A stretch of DNA of 64,000 nt, taken from positions 813,520 to 877,519 of the forward strand of contig MU004193.1 in NCBI GenBank assembly GCA_010093605.1, written 5' to 3'. The stretch is from Lophium mytilinum. Lineage: Eukaryota. A model generated the notes under the pieces. The model had not been told where the DNA came from. It made no database searches and worked only from the letters and a program-made list of their open reading frames with translations. The translations under genes and the position numbers were made by a program. Positions 11,527 through 24,004 of this stretch are shown piece by piece (within the stretch, counting starts at the first letter, position 1; every line of letters starts with the position of its first letter).

Positions 11527-12246
11527 TGCTCAGATGGCGACATATACTTCAGATGGCAACGCTACTGTGGTCGGTTGTGCGTAATGCTTGCGTGTTGTCT
11601 ACCGCACGATGCAAAGCGACGAATAGCGATTCTAGGCGATTTTGGCTGTCATTTCAAGGATTGGTGCTGGAATGGGATTGTCAGACACTAGTAGCATACT
11701 CAGTGGAGACATGGACGTCGAGAAACCGAGTTCGATATCCTCTAAACACAGAGAAAGGATAGTTCTACAACTCCATAGCCCAACTTATGAGCTCTATCAC
11801 AAGACCTCGAAACTAGTACACGATCCTCACTTTGTATAATAACCTGCCAAATCAGCTTACTCACGAATCGCAGGAATTGACCAGCCTGTCCGCACGCGAA
11901 TGGCTTCCATCTTTTCGTCTCAACCCCGCTAGAAGGTACCGTACTCCAGGGCCTAATTCTCATCCTACTTTAAAAACCGTACGTGCGGACGTCAGCTCTA
12001 GTCAGAGATCTTGCAAGTAAGCCTCAAGAAAAGCAGTGCAGGGAACGAGACAGCACCTATGCAGAAGAACACAGTTCCATATAACGTAGAACGCAGCCTC
12101 CAGCAACCATCCCTACATAACACCCGTATGCAAAACAAACTAGCCCCTTACCAGATACCCCACCCAAAACGCCGACCATATAAAACTCCCCAAACACCGC
12201 ACCATCACCCCGTAGCAAAGCTCTCTCCCACGGCCCCCACACCTCC

Positions 12247-15200
12247 CTACCGCTCAAACTCCAATACCTTACTCGCCTCACTCACACTCCTCTGCCGCCC
12301 CTGCACACCCTCTTCTTTCTTCCCTTCCACTGGAGGCCCGAGCAAATCCCCTACTACGCCCGCCCCCTTGCCGACGACTACATCCGCCGTCTCCGCCCCT
12401 TCGAGCAACTCGCCGTCCCTGCCCTCTTCCTCCCCTTCTTCTTCCACATGGCCCTTCCCCTCTTCTCCTTCCTCCCGCTGCGCCTCATCCATCCGCCGCC
12501 GCACCTCCGCCGCAACCCTCATCCCATCACTCACGATATTATCCAGCATCCCCCTCAGTCCCTTGCCCGGCGGGACAACCCCGACGCCCGCACCGCCGAC
12601 GGACGCGCCCGCGCCCGGCGCCAGCGCATTACGCGCAGCGGCGTTGGAGAAGGTAGTCAGATTCGAGGAGCTGGAAGTTTGAGACGGCAACGGCGCGTCG
12701 AGCAAGCGGAAGCTGGCCGAGAAACCAGACTCGAAGAACGTCTCGAGGACCTCGTCAGCGAGGATGACCATGCGGAAGGTGGGGAGAGTGATGTGGAGGG
12801 GGTTATTCGGGTCAAGGGCCAGGTTCGCGGCCGTCGCCTTCGCCTTAACGGGCGAGAGCGGGGTGGGCGTTGACGCTGATGGGGTAGGGGAGAGCGGAGT
12901 CTTGGGGAGCACCTCAGGTGAGCTGGAACTAGGTTTCGGGGACGCAGGGTCGGACAAGTCGACGAGGTCTTCCGAGTCGTTGTCTGAGCCGATGCTGAAG
13001 TTGTCGAGGTCGGCGGCGGCCTGGCGCACCTGGTTGGCGGCGTGGTCTGGGTCGGCGTACTCGAAGCAGCGGCGGATGAAGGCGGAGATGGAGCTGAGGA
13101 ATTGCTCGTCGCGGTTTTCGCGGCGCTCTGGGGAGGTGGCGAGGTCGTGCATCGAGGGGGATGGGGAGAGGGAGCCTTCGAAACCACGGCGGGAGAGGAA
13201 GAGGAGGGCTTCGGATATGCGCAGGATGCCTTCGCGGTCGACTCGGCCGTCGCCGTCGTCGTCGTAGAGCTCGAAGAAGTAGCTGATGTTGGACATGATG
13301 TCTTTGGTGCCCTTGACTTGGGCGAATCCGGTCACGACGTTTTGGAGGCTGAGCGTGTTGTTCATGTCAGTGTCCCATCGGCGGAAGAGTCGCTTCATGA
13401 ATTCGTGGTCGGCTGGCTCGGGCCCTGAGCCCCATGGAGATATGGTTGTGCTTCGACTTCTTGTGCTGCCGCCGAAGTATGAATGGTTTTGCTTCTCGCC
13501 ATTGAGCTCAGGTGGCGAACTAGGCGAGTCGGTAACAGCCCATTTTGCGATGCCTGAAACCACATTAGTAACGGTACAGTTTTTATAAAACAAGGGAGGA
13601 GCCTCAAGAGTGATGAGATCGTGGCAGTACGTCACGTGGAAAGTGGAAATATCATGCGGCAGTACGAAAGACATAATCTTACCAGCTAGAAATTCCCGGA
13701 ATCCATCATAATCCATCTGTGTAGGACTCGGCCCGAGAGCGACTCTTCCCACCTCAGGATTATTCCCAGAAAAGCCGCTCACAACCTCCGTAGCCCTCAT
13801 CCGCCCAGCTTTTGCTTTCCGTTCCGCCTCATGCTGCATGATCTCGTCCCTTTGCTGGCGCTCATATAGCACCTCGTAGAACCGATCATAGAGAAACCCG
13901 AGATCAACTACGCTCAATCGCTTGCTTTCCGGCCCCAAGTTCCGAATTGACGTGCGTTTCGCGAAGCTTTCAATGTTCTCTAGTACGGCGTCCTTATGCT
14001 TGGAACGTTGCTCCGAGATGGTGTTCTGCGTGATGCCAGCAAACTCCTTGAACGCCACGACCATGAGTTCTTGGAACCTTGTAACTGCCCGCAGTTTCGG
14101 GTTCTCCGATCTAGGATGGGCGGATTCATCCAGCCTGGCAAAGTAAGATTTAAGGACTGAGATAAAAGTGCCATCATCGGTAGCATCCAATAACTCCTCT
14201 CCATTGATTCTCAGGATGGCAAGACCAATTTGAAATAGAACCTTGGGGCCTTCTAGAAAGAAGACATCTAGAACGCGAAACGCGAATATGAGAGGCATAG
14301 AGTTGATGTAAAGCGAGAGAAACCAGGGAAGAGATACGACGGATAATTGCACATCGTTCTTCGCGAGATGGTCCCAGAGAATCGGCATTGTCTTTTCGAC
14401 GAGTGACTCAAATACCCTTTGGTCCAGTAGTGTCCCATACATGGTTTGCGAGTAGTATCCTGGCAGAAGGCGATCGCACAGTATCGATAATAGGAAGAAA
14501 GCCTGAGATTCCGACATGTATCTGTAACATTTAGCAAGGCAGTTAGTGAGAATCAGCAATACACATACATCAACAAGGCCGCGACAACGATATTCATCGC
14601 CTGGCAATATCCAACCTCTTCGTTAGTCCAGCTGTATGCCGTCAAAACTCGGCGTAATCGGCCAATGCCTTCTTCAGACTGAAAGCCGGGATACTCTGGT
14701 AGACTTCGATTGAGGTCCTTTTCAATCTCGTCTATTGCTAGAGATTCCTGGCCCGAGAATTTGGCGAGAGTCTGGACATATAATTTGGGATTTTGAAGAC
14801 GCAAAAAGAATGATCCGGAGGTCAATTCCCAGATCTCTCCTCGAAGACGATTGGGAAGACCGACTCGAATTAGCTTATGGAATGTAGGTTGCCGTATTAA
14901 TGTTGCACTCCGCCCGTTTTCTGTTCGTATTAGCCGCTTGAAGCCCCCGATCCTTGGAACATGGGTAGTATACCTCGCAGATATTCGCGCCATAACCGTA
15001 TCTTTGTCGCGTCTCGCAATTTACGAGCATTGCCAGGATATCTAAATACCATGCCAAGTCCAGTATCCGGGTGTTCCCTAGGTTTCCTGTCCTCGTTTCC
15101 ATGGCCCTTCTTATCGTCGCCATCCTCTGAGAGAAGATATTCAGAGTAGCATTCCGAAACGACCGCTCGAAGATTCTCCACCTCTCTTACGCCTTCCCTG

Positions 15201-15799
15201 AGACCCCTCTTGAGGCCGTCGCAGAATCGTTCGCATTGTATCCGGCTCCCGGCCAGCTGTATCGTCAGTTTTTGGCCGCTGACAGCACTACCCGGCTTCG
15301 CTTTGCCGTCAGACACCCCGTTCCAAGTCGTTATGGCCAACGCGAACATGTAGCTCTGACTGTGCAGTCTCTCAACCCTCCGGATAGCGCATAGCGGTAG
15401 TATAAAGCCATTGCCCGCAGGTCCCGCTCCGTGGGTCTGTCCCGTGAAAGCGCTAGAAGCACTCAAGCTCGCCGTATTCAAGAAGCTCGATCCCTGGGTA
15501 GAGAAACATAGATACTGCTCGCTCAAGTGTAGCTTCCCAACATAGTGGTTTCCCTGCGGCCGATCTCGTTCCTGCGCGTGCGAGGTACTGTCGCCGGAAC
15601 CGCCCCTCGTCGAGTGGTGGGGGGAGAGGGTAAGCTCGGCAGTGATTTCCTGGAGCGGAGATTGGGTCTCGGGGAGTCTGAACTGGTGTCGGAAGAGAGT
15701 GGCTTTGGAGGGTCTGCGGTCGGAGCTAGGACTGGTGATTGAGAGGGTTGGGTCGATGAACTGCTGCGCTTTCTGGACAAGGTTGGAGAGGTTGAACAT
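12247..15799 (-). CDS. MDR1: Rab GTPase-activating protein (GRAM + TBC + EF-hand), Gyp2/Mdr1 type; exons 15799-14974, 14920-14569, 14521-13683, 13553-12247
   Basis: [31 protein letters not shown] and GYCQAMN are TBC motifs. [12 protein letters not shown] is GRAM-like. [10 protein letters not shown] is an EF-hand. Introns restore the frame. Confidence 0.92.
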
Positions 15800-16700
15800 G
15801 GCGTTGGACTGGTTACGTAGCTGCGACGCGGTTAGTGGGACAGGCGACGGTGTTTGGAAAAGCCCGTACGCTTCATTCTAGGCCACGAGATCCTTGGGGG
15901 AGGTCGAGGAGGGTACTTTGGTTAGAGCTGCGGTTTGCGGATGACCGAGTCGTTTCGGTTGGGTTCAGCTCCAGGATAGAATACGCCCAATCAAAGGCGC
16001 GGAAATTTAATGCGATTTTCGGAAATATCTCTTGACGCGTTCTCGAACCACTTCATTTGGATTCGATACATATGATCTAGTCCATGCTATAAGTTTGCGT
16101 CGATCCTTCCAGACCTCAAGATTTCACAGCGCGGGGCTAATGTTTATTCAGTACAGTGTGTGAATGGAGTCCGTGCACCCACGCTCCTCCTACTGTCCGT
16201 CTTGCCCTAGTACACTATTGTAAAAATAAGTCAGATGTAAAGTCTGGAGAGGTCGAGTTCAAGCGCACATTAAATCTATCTAATCAGCCTACATTCCGTT
16301 CTCCGGGCCTTTCCAGGTATCAGAGTTCAGCAAAGGAATTCACAACGCGGGGCTAACATCATGATCTTTTTGAAGAACTTCATTGCAGGATCACAGAAAT
16401 CTATATGTTGAAGAACACGCCAGAATCGCAGGGACAAAGGTTCCATTGTGTGAAGCCATAAGAGGTCCTTGCAGGATCCGTAGGTAGAACCGAATTCCGA
16501 GCTAGCCATGCTGGAGAATAACACCTGCAGAATGTATCGCATGTCCCAAGTCGTTAGGCCCAACTCCCGTTCACCATTGCAGAACTTGCCATTGGCTTCC
16601 TGGCAAGTCCAGTACCATATTATGCATGCACCGCAGCGGAGCTGCCCGTATCTCTAATAAACACCGATTTTGGATCGTCAACCGAGACGCCCGTATGCCC

Positions 16701-18019
16701 TTAAGTCACGGTGTAGCCGCCATCGACACGGAGGTCGGCGCCCTGGGTATTGTTAGATATTATGAGAAATCAAGAGTTTGAGTGAAGCTTACGGTAACGT
16801 AGTTGCTAGCATCGCTAGCCAGGAAGGTGACAGCTCCCATGAGATCCTCTGGGCGACCCATCTTACCCTGGGGGATGAGGGAAGTCCACTGCTTCTGGAG
16901 ATCCTGGTTATCCTCAAGAATCTTCTTCGTTCTGCAAAAGGTCAGCACACATCTCCATCGAATGGTTCCTAAACACTCACAGCGCAGTAAGCATGTAGCC
17001 TGGGCTAATGCAGTTGACACGGATGCCCGCATGGGCCCATTCAACTGCCAAACTCGCGGCCAAATGCCGCACTGCCGCCTTGGCAGCGTTGTAGGGAGCC
17101 TGCGGCTGGGGAACATTGACAATGGCACCGGACATGCTGCCGATGAACACAATGCTTCCCGGGACTTCCCTCTCCATAAGGTGCTTCGCCACGGCAACAG
17201 CGAACAGGTATGTGCCGTCCACGTTCACACCCCAGAGCTTCTGCATACGGTCGTGTGGGTAAGAGATGGCATCATAGTTCTCAGTGAAGCCAGCAGAGGT
17301 GACGAGGTTGTCGATCTTGCCGTGCGTCTTGAGAATTTCTGCGACGGCCTGGTTGACGGATGTTGGGCTGGAGACGTCACAGAAATGTGCGGTGACCTTG
17401 GGTAGTCTAAAAAGAGGTTAGCTAAAAACACAAGGGTATGACGGAGTCACAGAGACTGACTTGTCTGCTCCTGGGTTTTCCTCCTTGAAGCCTTGAAGAA
17501 GGCCTTCTGCGGACCGCTGGGCTTCCTCTCCTACAAAAGGGATTAGTGGTGAGCTGGTTAAGAGAATCGGTGAGACTGACTGTTCATATCAACAATGGCG
17601 ACATCTGCTCCGCTGACGACCAGAGCCTGTGCCATGACCAGCCCCAGACCTCGGGCACCCCCAGTGACAACACCGACACGGCCTTCCAGAGAGAAGGAGG
17701 CCAGTGTGCGCTTGAAATGGAAGCCACCTCGCCCTTGCACGGGCTGCGAGGAGGGCAGATCTTTCTCCTCGGGATACTCTACACGCACTGACTTGTCGGT
17801 ACGGGCAAATTGGCCCTCGTGGTCACCAGATTCGCCAGGCTCACCAGCAGTGCTGGCAGAATCAAACTCATCGTCGCGGGGGGGCTCGTCGGCCCTGTAC
17901 GGGGTGTGCGAGAAGTTGCGCACCGATCTGAAGACGGGCACGGGGCGTCGAAACGGTGTCTGTGAGACGTGTGAATTGGCAGCACGAGCAACCTGGCGGA
18001 AGATTGTTGGCCTGAACAT
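16701..18019 (-). CDS. Short-chain dehydrogenase, D-arabinitol 2-dehydrogenase-like; exons 18019-17581, 17530-17461, 17406-16981, 16931-16793, 16742-16701
   Basis: VTGGARGLG, IGSMSGAIVNVPQPQAPYNAAK (YxxxK), RVNCISPGYM and GADLRVDGGYT. The Arg-rich N-terminus resembles a mitochondrial presequence. Confidence 0.88.
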
Positions 18020-18654
18020 GGTGGTAGGCAAATGTGTGAGGGAAAGAAGGGTCAATGGCTTGGAGGAAGTGAGGAGGAGGAGAGGCGGAGGGCGGTGGGA
18101 CGACGCAGAGAATTTAGATTTTCACGATAATTGCTGGGAGCGCTAATTTAAAGGACTAGACTGGGCGGAACAAGCCACGTCGGTGTACGGTGAGGGAAGA
18201 ATGAGGTGGATCGTGTGATCGTGAGTGAGCGGCGTGGGGTTTTTTGTGCAGAGAGGTGTTTTATTCACTGCACCGCACCCACCACCAAGAGCTCCCCACC
18301 TGTGACGTACAAGCGCGCCCAAGCGTGGCCAAGGGGGCATGAAAGGGCTATCAGAAATCGCGTACGGGGAGAGAGCGGATCCACCACCACGACGCCCCCA
18401 ACGTGCCCCAACTTTGGTGATCTTGCCACACCCAGCAGCGAAGACCCTACCCGACGTCTCCGTGGCGCTCCTCGAACTTTCAATTGGCCTACGCTGCTCC
18501 ACTCCGCGCCGTCCGGTGCCCGCGAGTTCTGTGTCGCCGATTGTCGTGGATGCTTGGCACGGACTGAGCTCCCTTGCTCCCAACAATCGAGTCGCTGACA
18601 CACGCCCGATCAGCATTACATAGGATTGTGCCAGCGACCAGCCCTTAAGCTCAA

Positions 18655-19911
18655 ATGCCATCCCTCGAGGCCTATCTGGTCACCTTCAATTGCGCTCGCG
18701 AACTTGTGAACCCCGATACCCTCGCCCCGCACCTCTTCGACGCCCTCCCCCCAGGTGCCGTACTGCCAGATGTCGTTGCCATTGCGCTGCAGGAGGTAGC
18801 TCCCATTGCCTACTCGTTCCTAGGAGGGTCGTATCTTAAGCCCTACTTCAACCAAGTAGCCGCGACGGTGCAATTGGCAGCCAAGCTCCACGGAGATGAC
18901 GCCCAGCCATATGACCATTTCACTACCCGGAGCCTAGGGATGACGGCTCTAATGCTTTTCTGGAAACCAGCAGTCGCCAGCAAGATCCAATGGGTGCAGT
19001 CTGCAGGTGCTGGAGTCGGCTTGTGGGACATGGGTAACAAAGGCGCTGTGGGAGTCCGAGTAGGACTAGCTCTCGACAGCAGTGATCAAACTTTCGATAT
19101 CACATTCGTTTCAGGACATCTCGCGCCGATGGAAGGCGAGGTTCCGAGAAGAAACCAAGACTGGGAAAACATTGTTCGTAATCTTGTGTTTATCAATGAC
19201 GAAACCCCAAAGTCTTCGGGCGAAGAGCAGCCACTTCTATCCTCCCCTTCCGCACTACCACGAGACAACACCGGTCTCTACCACCCTGGCAACCACATCT
19301 TCGTCGCCGGCGACCTCAATTACCGGACCCACGATACTCCCCCGGAACCTAGTTCCCATATCGACTATCCCCAGCCAACGCCCTCATCCAATTCCCCAAC
19401 TCACTTCTCTCATTTCCTCAAAACCGACCAGCTTGCCCGCGAACTCGACGCCAACCGCACTCTCCACGGCTTTTCCGAGGCCCCAATTACCTTCCCTCCA
19501 ACCTACAAGCACTCCCACAAGCCCAGCTCATCCTCCGACGCTGACGAGCAATGGCAATGGGCGAAGCACCGCTATCCCAGCTGGTGCGACCGCATCCTGT
19601 TTCTGCCGCCGCTTCAACCGCATATCTACACTTCGCTCGCGCTACAGAAGACTTCCGACCACCAACCTGTTGCTCTCTCTGTTTCTATCAGCCTCGACCC
19701 GCTTGATCGCGTACACGACGCCGAGCCACCGTTCCCGCTGAACAAGGATTGGCGGGCACGAGCAGACGCAGCGAGGAGGAAAGAGATTGCAGTCGGTGCC
19801 ATGTCATATCTCGCATTGACGAGGAGCGGAAACGCTGTGCTAGTAGGAGTGGTTGCGGTGGTCGTTGCAGGGGTGGTGATGGCAACCTGGATGAGTGCGG
19901 GAGACGGATGA
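18655..19911 (+). CDS. Inositol polyphosphate 5-phosphatase with C-terminal membrane anchor (Inp54-like)
   Basis: ALQE, NKGAV, GDLNYR, PPTYK, PSWCDRIL and SDHQPV motifs, with a hydrophobic C-terminal tail. Confidence 0.9.
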   Translation: MPSLEAYLVTFNCARELVNPDTLAPHLFDALPPGAVLPDVVAIALQEVAPIAYSFLGGSYLKPYFNQVAATVQLAAKLHGDDAQPYDHFTTRSLGMTALMLFWKPAVASKIQWVQSAGAGVGLWDMGNKGAVGVRVGLALDSSDQTFDITFVSGHLAPMEGEVPRRNQDWENIVRNLVFINDETPKSSGEEQPLLSSPSALPRDNTGLYHPGNHIFVAGDLNYRTHDTPPEPSSHIDYPQPTPSSNSPTHFSHFLKTDQLARELDANRTLHGFSEAPITFPPTYKHSHKPSSSSDADEQWQWAKHRYPSWCDRILFLPPLQPHIYTSLALQKTSDHQPVALSVSISLDPLDRVHDAEPPFPLNKDWRARADAARRKEIAVGAMSYLALTRSGNAVLVGVVAVVVAGVVMATWMSAGDG

Positions 19912-20920
19912 GGCTGGTACGAGGCCCTTTCATGCTTTTATAAACTTACGTAGACATAGCATTGACTTAAACACAGAATACGAATCCTAGTAATATCGAG
20001 TTGGAGTTGCGACAACAGAAGCATGTGAAAGAAAAAACGCGAAACACGTAATCCCGTGCCCAATGACAGGGCAACCCTTGAATGACAAGCTTTCGTCCCG
20101 ACACCACTTCCTCTCAACATCCGTGGATCTCTTCCGCAGGCCGTAACCAAGACTTGGATATATCGTAATGTAATCGATTACACGCAGCCTTATCAAGTCC
20201 GATCAATTAGACTTCCTAGGTTTCTGCCAATATTTCCATGCGTCCTGAAATTCTTCCATTTCATGGACACGGTCGTCTGCGCTCTTCTAAATTGGCCTTT
20301 CCAACCTCTCTACGAGCCCATTTCGCGAGTCCGCATTGTATCGAAGCCGCAAATTAGCCAGGGTCGGAAAACCATCACTTTCCATCGCGTGCACGTGCTC
20401 GCCAGCGAGTCTCTGTTCCAACAGCAGCTCCTGGTTACGGATCCCATCCACTACTATTCTAGTTGGCCAGATGAGACTCTTGAGATTAGGGTCCTAAATT
20501 ATACTCGAAAAAAAATCAACATTCGCGGGAATGGCCCCAGCTATCCCCGACAGTACCCCTGTAGTTTCAGAGCATACGACAAGTCAGCGGAGACTACCAA
20601 TCATACGCGCGAACCGAAATCGACCCCGTAGCCGCCATGTGCGAAACAACTCAAGGCTGCTCGTTGGCCGTACCCGTGAGGCATACTTCATCCAGTTGCC
20701 GCGCGCCAGCCACACAAACGGGACTGTGCCTACAAACATCCATATCTTTTCGCAGCAGGCTAGGCACCATCACCAGTCAACACTAACATCATCGGATCTC
20801 TCGTTCAACCTCTGTCACGGACCTCGACCCAAGGGCATGGACTTCTAGATTGAAGACCAAATTTCTAACTGCTGGTCTTCAACCTTCTCGCGAGGCTGGC
20901 TGCTCTTATAGCTCTCAAGG

Positions 20921-22708
20921 ATGGAGTGTCCCCCGTACACATATCGTCCGCTTGATCGATCTAGGAACGAGATCCGACTCCTCAAGTTCGAAAATTTCTA
21001 CCGATTGTCAAACTTCCAGTATACTATCAAACACGTCTCCCTACACGACGAGCCAGTCTACACAGCATTATCATACGTCTGGGGCGATGCAAAACACAAT
21101 AAACCCCTCTTGATATATCAAAATCACGAGACGTACTCGCTATCGATCACACAAAATTTGGCTTCAGCACTCCAGCACATTGACATATCCGGCTGGTTCT
21201 GGGTCGATGCTGTGTGTATAAATCAGTCTAACGACAACGAAAAGACGCGGCAGGTCCAGCAGATGTGGAACATCTTCCATGAAGCCGATCATACAGCTGC
21301 GTGGCTAGGCATGGCAGATCTCCCCGATACAGAGCTTATAAGAACTATGCAGCGTTCAGCTCAATCAAATGACACATTTGAATCCTTCTACGAGTATCAT
21401 AACTTATTCGACGTATCGAAATTTGGCGCACTAACACGACGACCGTACTGGCGACGTGTGTGGATTCAGCAAGAGCTACAAGCGTCAGAGACCGTGTGGT
21501 TTTGGTGTGGCGGGAACAGGTTCAGTCGGCGCGATGTCATTTTCCATTTGGATTTTCTTCATTGGGTTGAGGAAAGACGGTTGCAGAACCGGCTTATGGT
21601 GGGCCATCGAAATGATATATTCGACGACCGGGCGTCCGCCCTGCGGGAAGACGTGGATTTTCGGAATACCACTACTACGATAAAGGGCCATGCATCTCAT
21701 AGCCAGGACGCGTATTCTCCGCCTCTACGTTACGTGCTTGCCGCCGCTTACATCTGGCGGACAGGTCTACAAGCGTCAGACCCGCGCGATCTTGTTTTTG
21801 CTTTGCTGGGGCTGAGTTCAGACGCCAGCGAGATAGGTATAGCTGCTGACTACTCGAAGCCTCTAAAGCAAGTGTTCTTAGAGGTCGCTTTGGCTCTTAT
21901 TACACAGATTGGACTCCAAGTAATTACTTGGAAAAACTTCACTCGTACGTCTGGCACGCCGCTTAAGATCCGCTCATGGGTTCCAGACTGGAGCCAACCC
22001 TTCTTAAAGCCCCTGGCCAAGTTTGGACGCAATGACAGGCGGACTCGCTTCGAGGCTTGCGCCAAAACGACTTCTCAGTCTCGTTTCATCACTAGTGATG
22101 AAATTCACCCCATTTTCTGCGTTTCAGGCGCCATCGTAGACAAGATTATAGCTGTAGGAGCTCTGAACAATCTGATATTAGCCAAAAGCGACCTTCGCCA
22201 CATCCAGACAACGTATCGAACACAAGCAAGGTGGCTTGATGAACTCCAACGACTATCGACACTTTACGCCAGCACTCACAGAGGATTTGCCAATGATGAT
22301 GCAAGATGGCGTACCTCAGTCACAAACCTTGAACTCAACAAACAAGGGAAGTACACTCTCGCGAGCGACTCTATGCGGAGAGGCTACTATCTATTCGTTG
22401 CCGGTACCCTGAAACACTTAGCCAAGCTAAGTGACGACGTCATATTGGCTCTGAACTATTGGAAAATGCTAGTGGCACAATGCGCAGGTAGGAGGTTCTT
22501 CCTCGCCGAAAAGGGACATCTGGGTCTGGGACCTCCAGATGCGGTACCAGGACATGACGTCGTAATCCTGCTGGGGCTCAACATGCCGTTAGTGTTGAGC
22601 AAGAACGAAGACGGCACCTACAAGCTGGTCGGAGAGGCGTATATCCATGGGATTATGGATGGGGAAGCTATGCCAGGAGCAGAGGTGAAGGATTTGAGGA
22701 TTGTATGA
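20921..22708 (+). CDS. Heterokaryon incompatibility HET-domain protein (HET-6-like), 595 aa, intronless
   Basis: EIRLL, YTALSYVWG, WVDAVCINQ, QVQQMWNIF, YWRRVWIQQE, ASDPRDLVFALLG, SWVPDW and YKLVGEAYIHGIMDGE. Confidence 0.92.
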   Translation: MECPPYTYRPLDRSRNEIRLLKFENFYRLSNFQYTIKHVSLHDEPVYTALSYVWGDAKHNKPLLIYQNHETYSLSITQNLASALQHIDISGWFWVDAVCINQSNDNEKTRQVQQMWNIFHEADHTAAWLGMADLPDTELIRTMQRSAQSNDTFESFYEYHNLFDVSKFGALTRRPYWRRVWIQQELQASETVWFWCGGNRFSRRDVIFHLDFLHWVEERRLQNRLMVGHRNDIFDDRASALREDVDFRNTTTTIKGHASHSQDAYSPPLRYVLAAAYIWRTGLQASDPRDLVFALLGLSSDASEIGIAADYSKPLKQVFLEVALALITQIGLQVITWKNFTRTSGTPLKIRSWVPDWSQPFLKPLAKFGRNDRRTRFEACAKTTSQSRFITSDEIHPIFCVSGAIVDKIIAVGALNNLILAKSDLRHIQTTYRTQARWLDELQRLSTLYASTHRGFANDDARWRTSVTNLELNKQGKYTLASDSMRRGYYLFVAGTLKHLAKLSDDVILALNYWKMLVAQCAGRRFFLAEKGHLGLGPPDAVPGHDVVILLGLNMPLVLSKNEDGTYKLVGEAYIHGIMDGEAMPGAEVKDLRIV

Positions 22709-22797
22709 GGCTCTTTGCGCAGATTGAGCTCGAATAGGACATGACTTATCTTTGTATCTCTATTTTTGCTTCTCGATGAATATCTAGTATTTACCTA

Positions 22798-23340
22798 GGC
22801 CAGTGCTACGTGTACGACCCCTTTTTGCTACCTGCACGATGTCTTTTTGCTACAAGTACGAACCTCCTTTCACCGCGTTTTGATTGGCTCGCCCATCGGG
22901 CCGACCAGTCTGGAGCATAGAAAGATTCTAAATGCGTATTAAAATTGAACTTATTACCTATGCCTACACCTCCACCTCTATTATCGTAGAGGAACCGCTT
23001 GCCGACCTCCGCTTACTAACCTACACCTGCCTCCCGAAGCCTATTATAATAGTACTGAGGCCGCCGAGGACTCTCTTGGCGCAGTCGACAGCCGCAGCAT
23101 TATAAGGCGGCTCGTGAGGCGGCCGGTTAGGATTTTGATAAGTATACTCGTAACTAAAGTCTATAGATGAAACGGCAAGTTGCACGTGCAAATACATATT
23201 CAAGTGAATGGCCGGAGCTTCCTCCGACCCCTCCGAGCCAATCAAAACGTGGTGAAAGGGCTATTAGGGGGGCAGGTCGTACGTGTAGCAAAAGGACATC
23301 GTGCAGGTAGTAAAAAGGGGTCGTACACGTAGCACTGGCC
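22798..23340. mobile_element. 543-bp non-autonomous TIR DNA transposon, Mutator-like (alternatively Merlin/hAT)
   Basis: The TIR starts GGCCAGTGCTACGTGTACGACCCC and extends ~95-105 bp with one indel (22798-22891 and 23234-23340). 8-bp TSD TTTACCTA at 22790-22797 and 23341-23348. Confidence 0.9.
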
Positions 23341-24004
23341 TTTACCTAACTTGATAATAAATAGCGTCGAAATCGTAATGCTATACAAGACGCTGTGACT
23401 TGGCAGCTCTCTAGTATATAGAATAAGAAACTCCTTCTGTCAGTTTCCTACCTTGAAACTTCCTACGGATTGGCCGAGAAGATGATTCCTTGATGTTTAA
23501 TGATCATAACCGACGAGGTTCTCGTGATCACTAACCACAAGTTTAATATAAGACCAAGCTGTGTCTGTAGCAGTGGAACGGAATCTTGCTACCTTCAGCC
23601 TCCTGAGTACGTTCTCCCTTCTTCTGTTGAAAATTATTATGTACTCCGTGATATCGTGGCGGGACTTCTCTCGGCTGATCTCAACCAGCAGCATCCCAGT
23701 ACCACAGCCCCGCCTCACGACTCCTTCGAAGGCTGGAAGCTCCATCCCCAGCTGCTCCATAAGCAAGCTTCGAATTATGCCCTTTGAGGCCAATGCCCAT
23801 CAAGGTCTTCGTACCCTGGTATGCCTGGTACCATTCCGCCCGCTGCGGGCCTTAAGCAGATGGAGAAAAGCGTGACGTAGGGGATTTCTAAGCACAGCGG
23901 CACCAATGGAAGCTCCGTCGGAGTATTCGGGCTGCTCCATAAAGCATCCTGCAGTCTGGAGCTCCTATTAGTGTATAACTACCCCTCTTCTACAGCTTAT
24001 CCTC

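Noticed and set aside
12011..13588. Plus-strand ORFs overlapping the Rab-GAP gene (similar shadows over DOA10, hex-1 and the KDEL gene)
   Set aside because: Antisense shadows of GC-rich coding sequence with no domain signal.
16121..16357. ~20-bp direct repeat ATTTCACAGCGCGGGGCTAA / AATTCACAACGCGGGGCTAA
   Set aside because: Only two short copies. Could be a regulatory site but nothing else supports a function.
23500..23787. 95-aa plus-strand ORF before the GST gene
   Set aside because: No recognisable motif or splice support.
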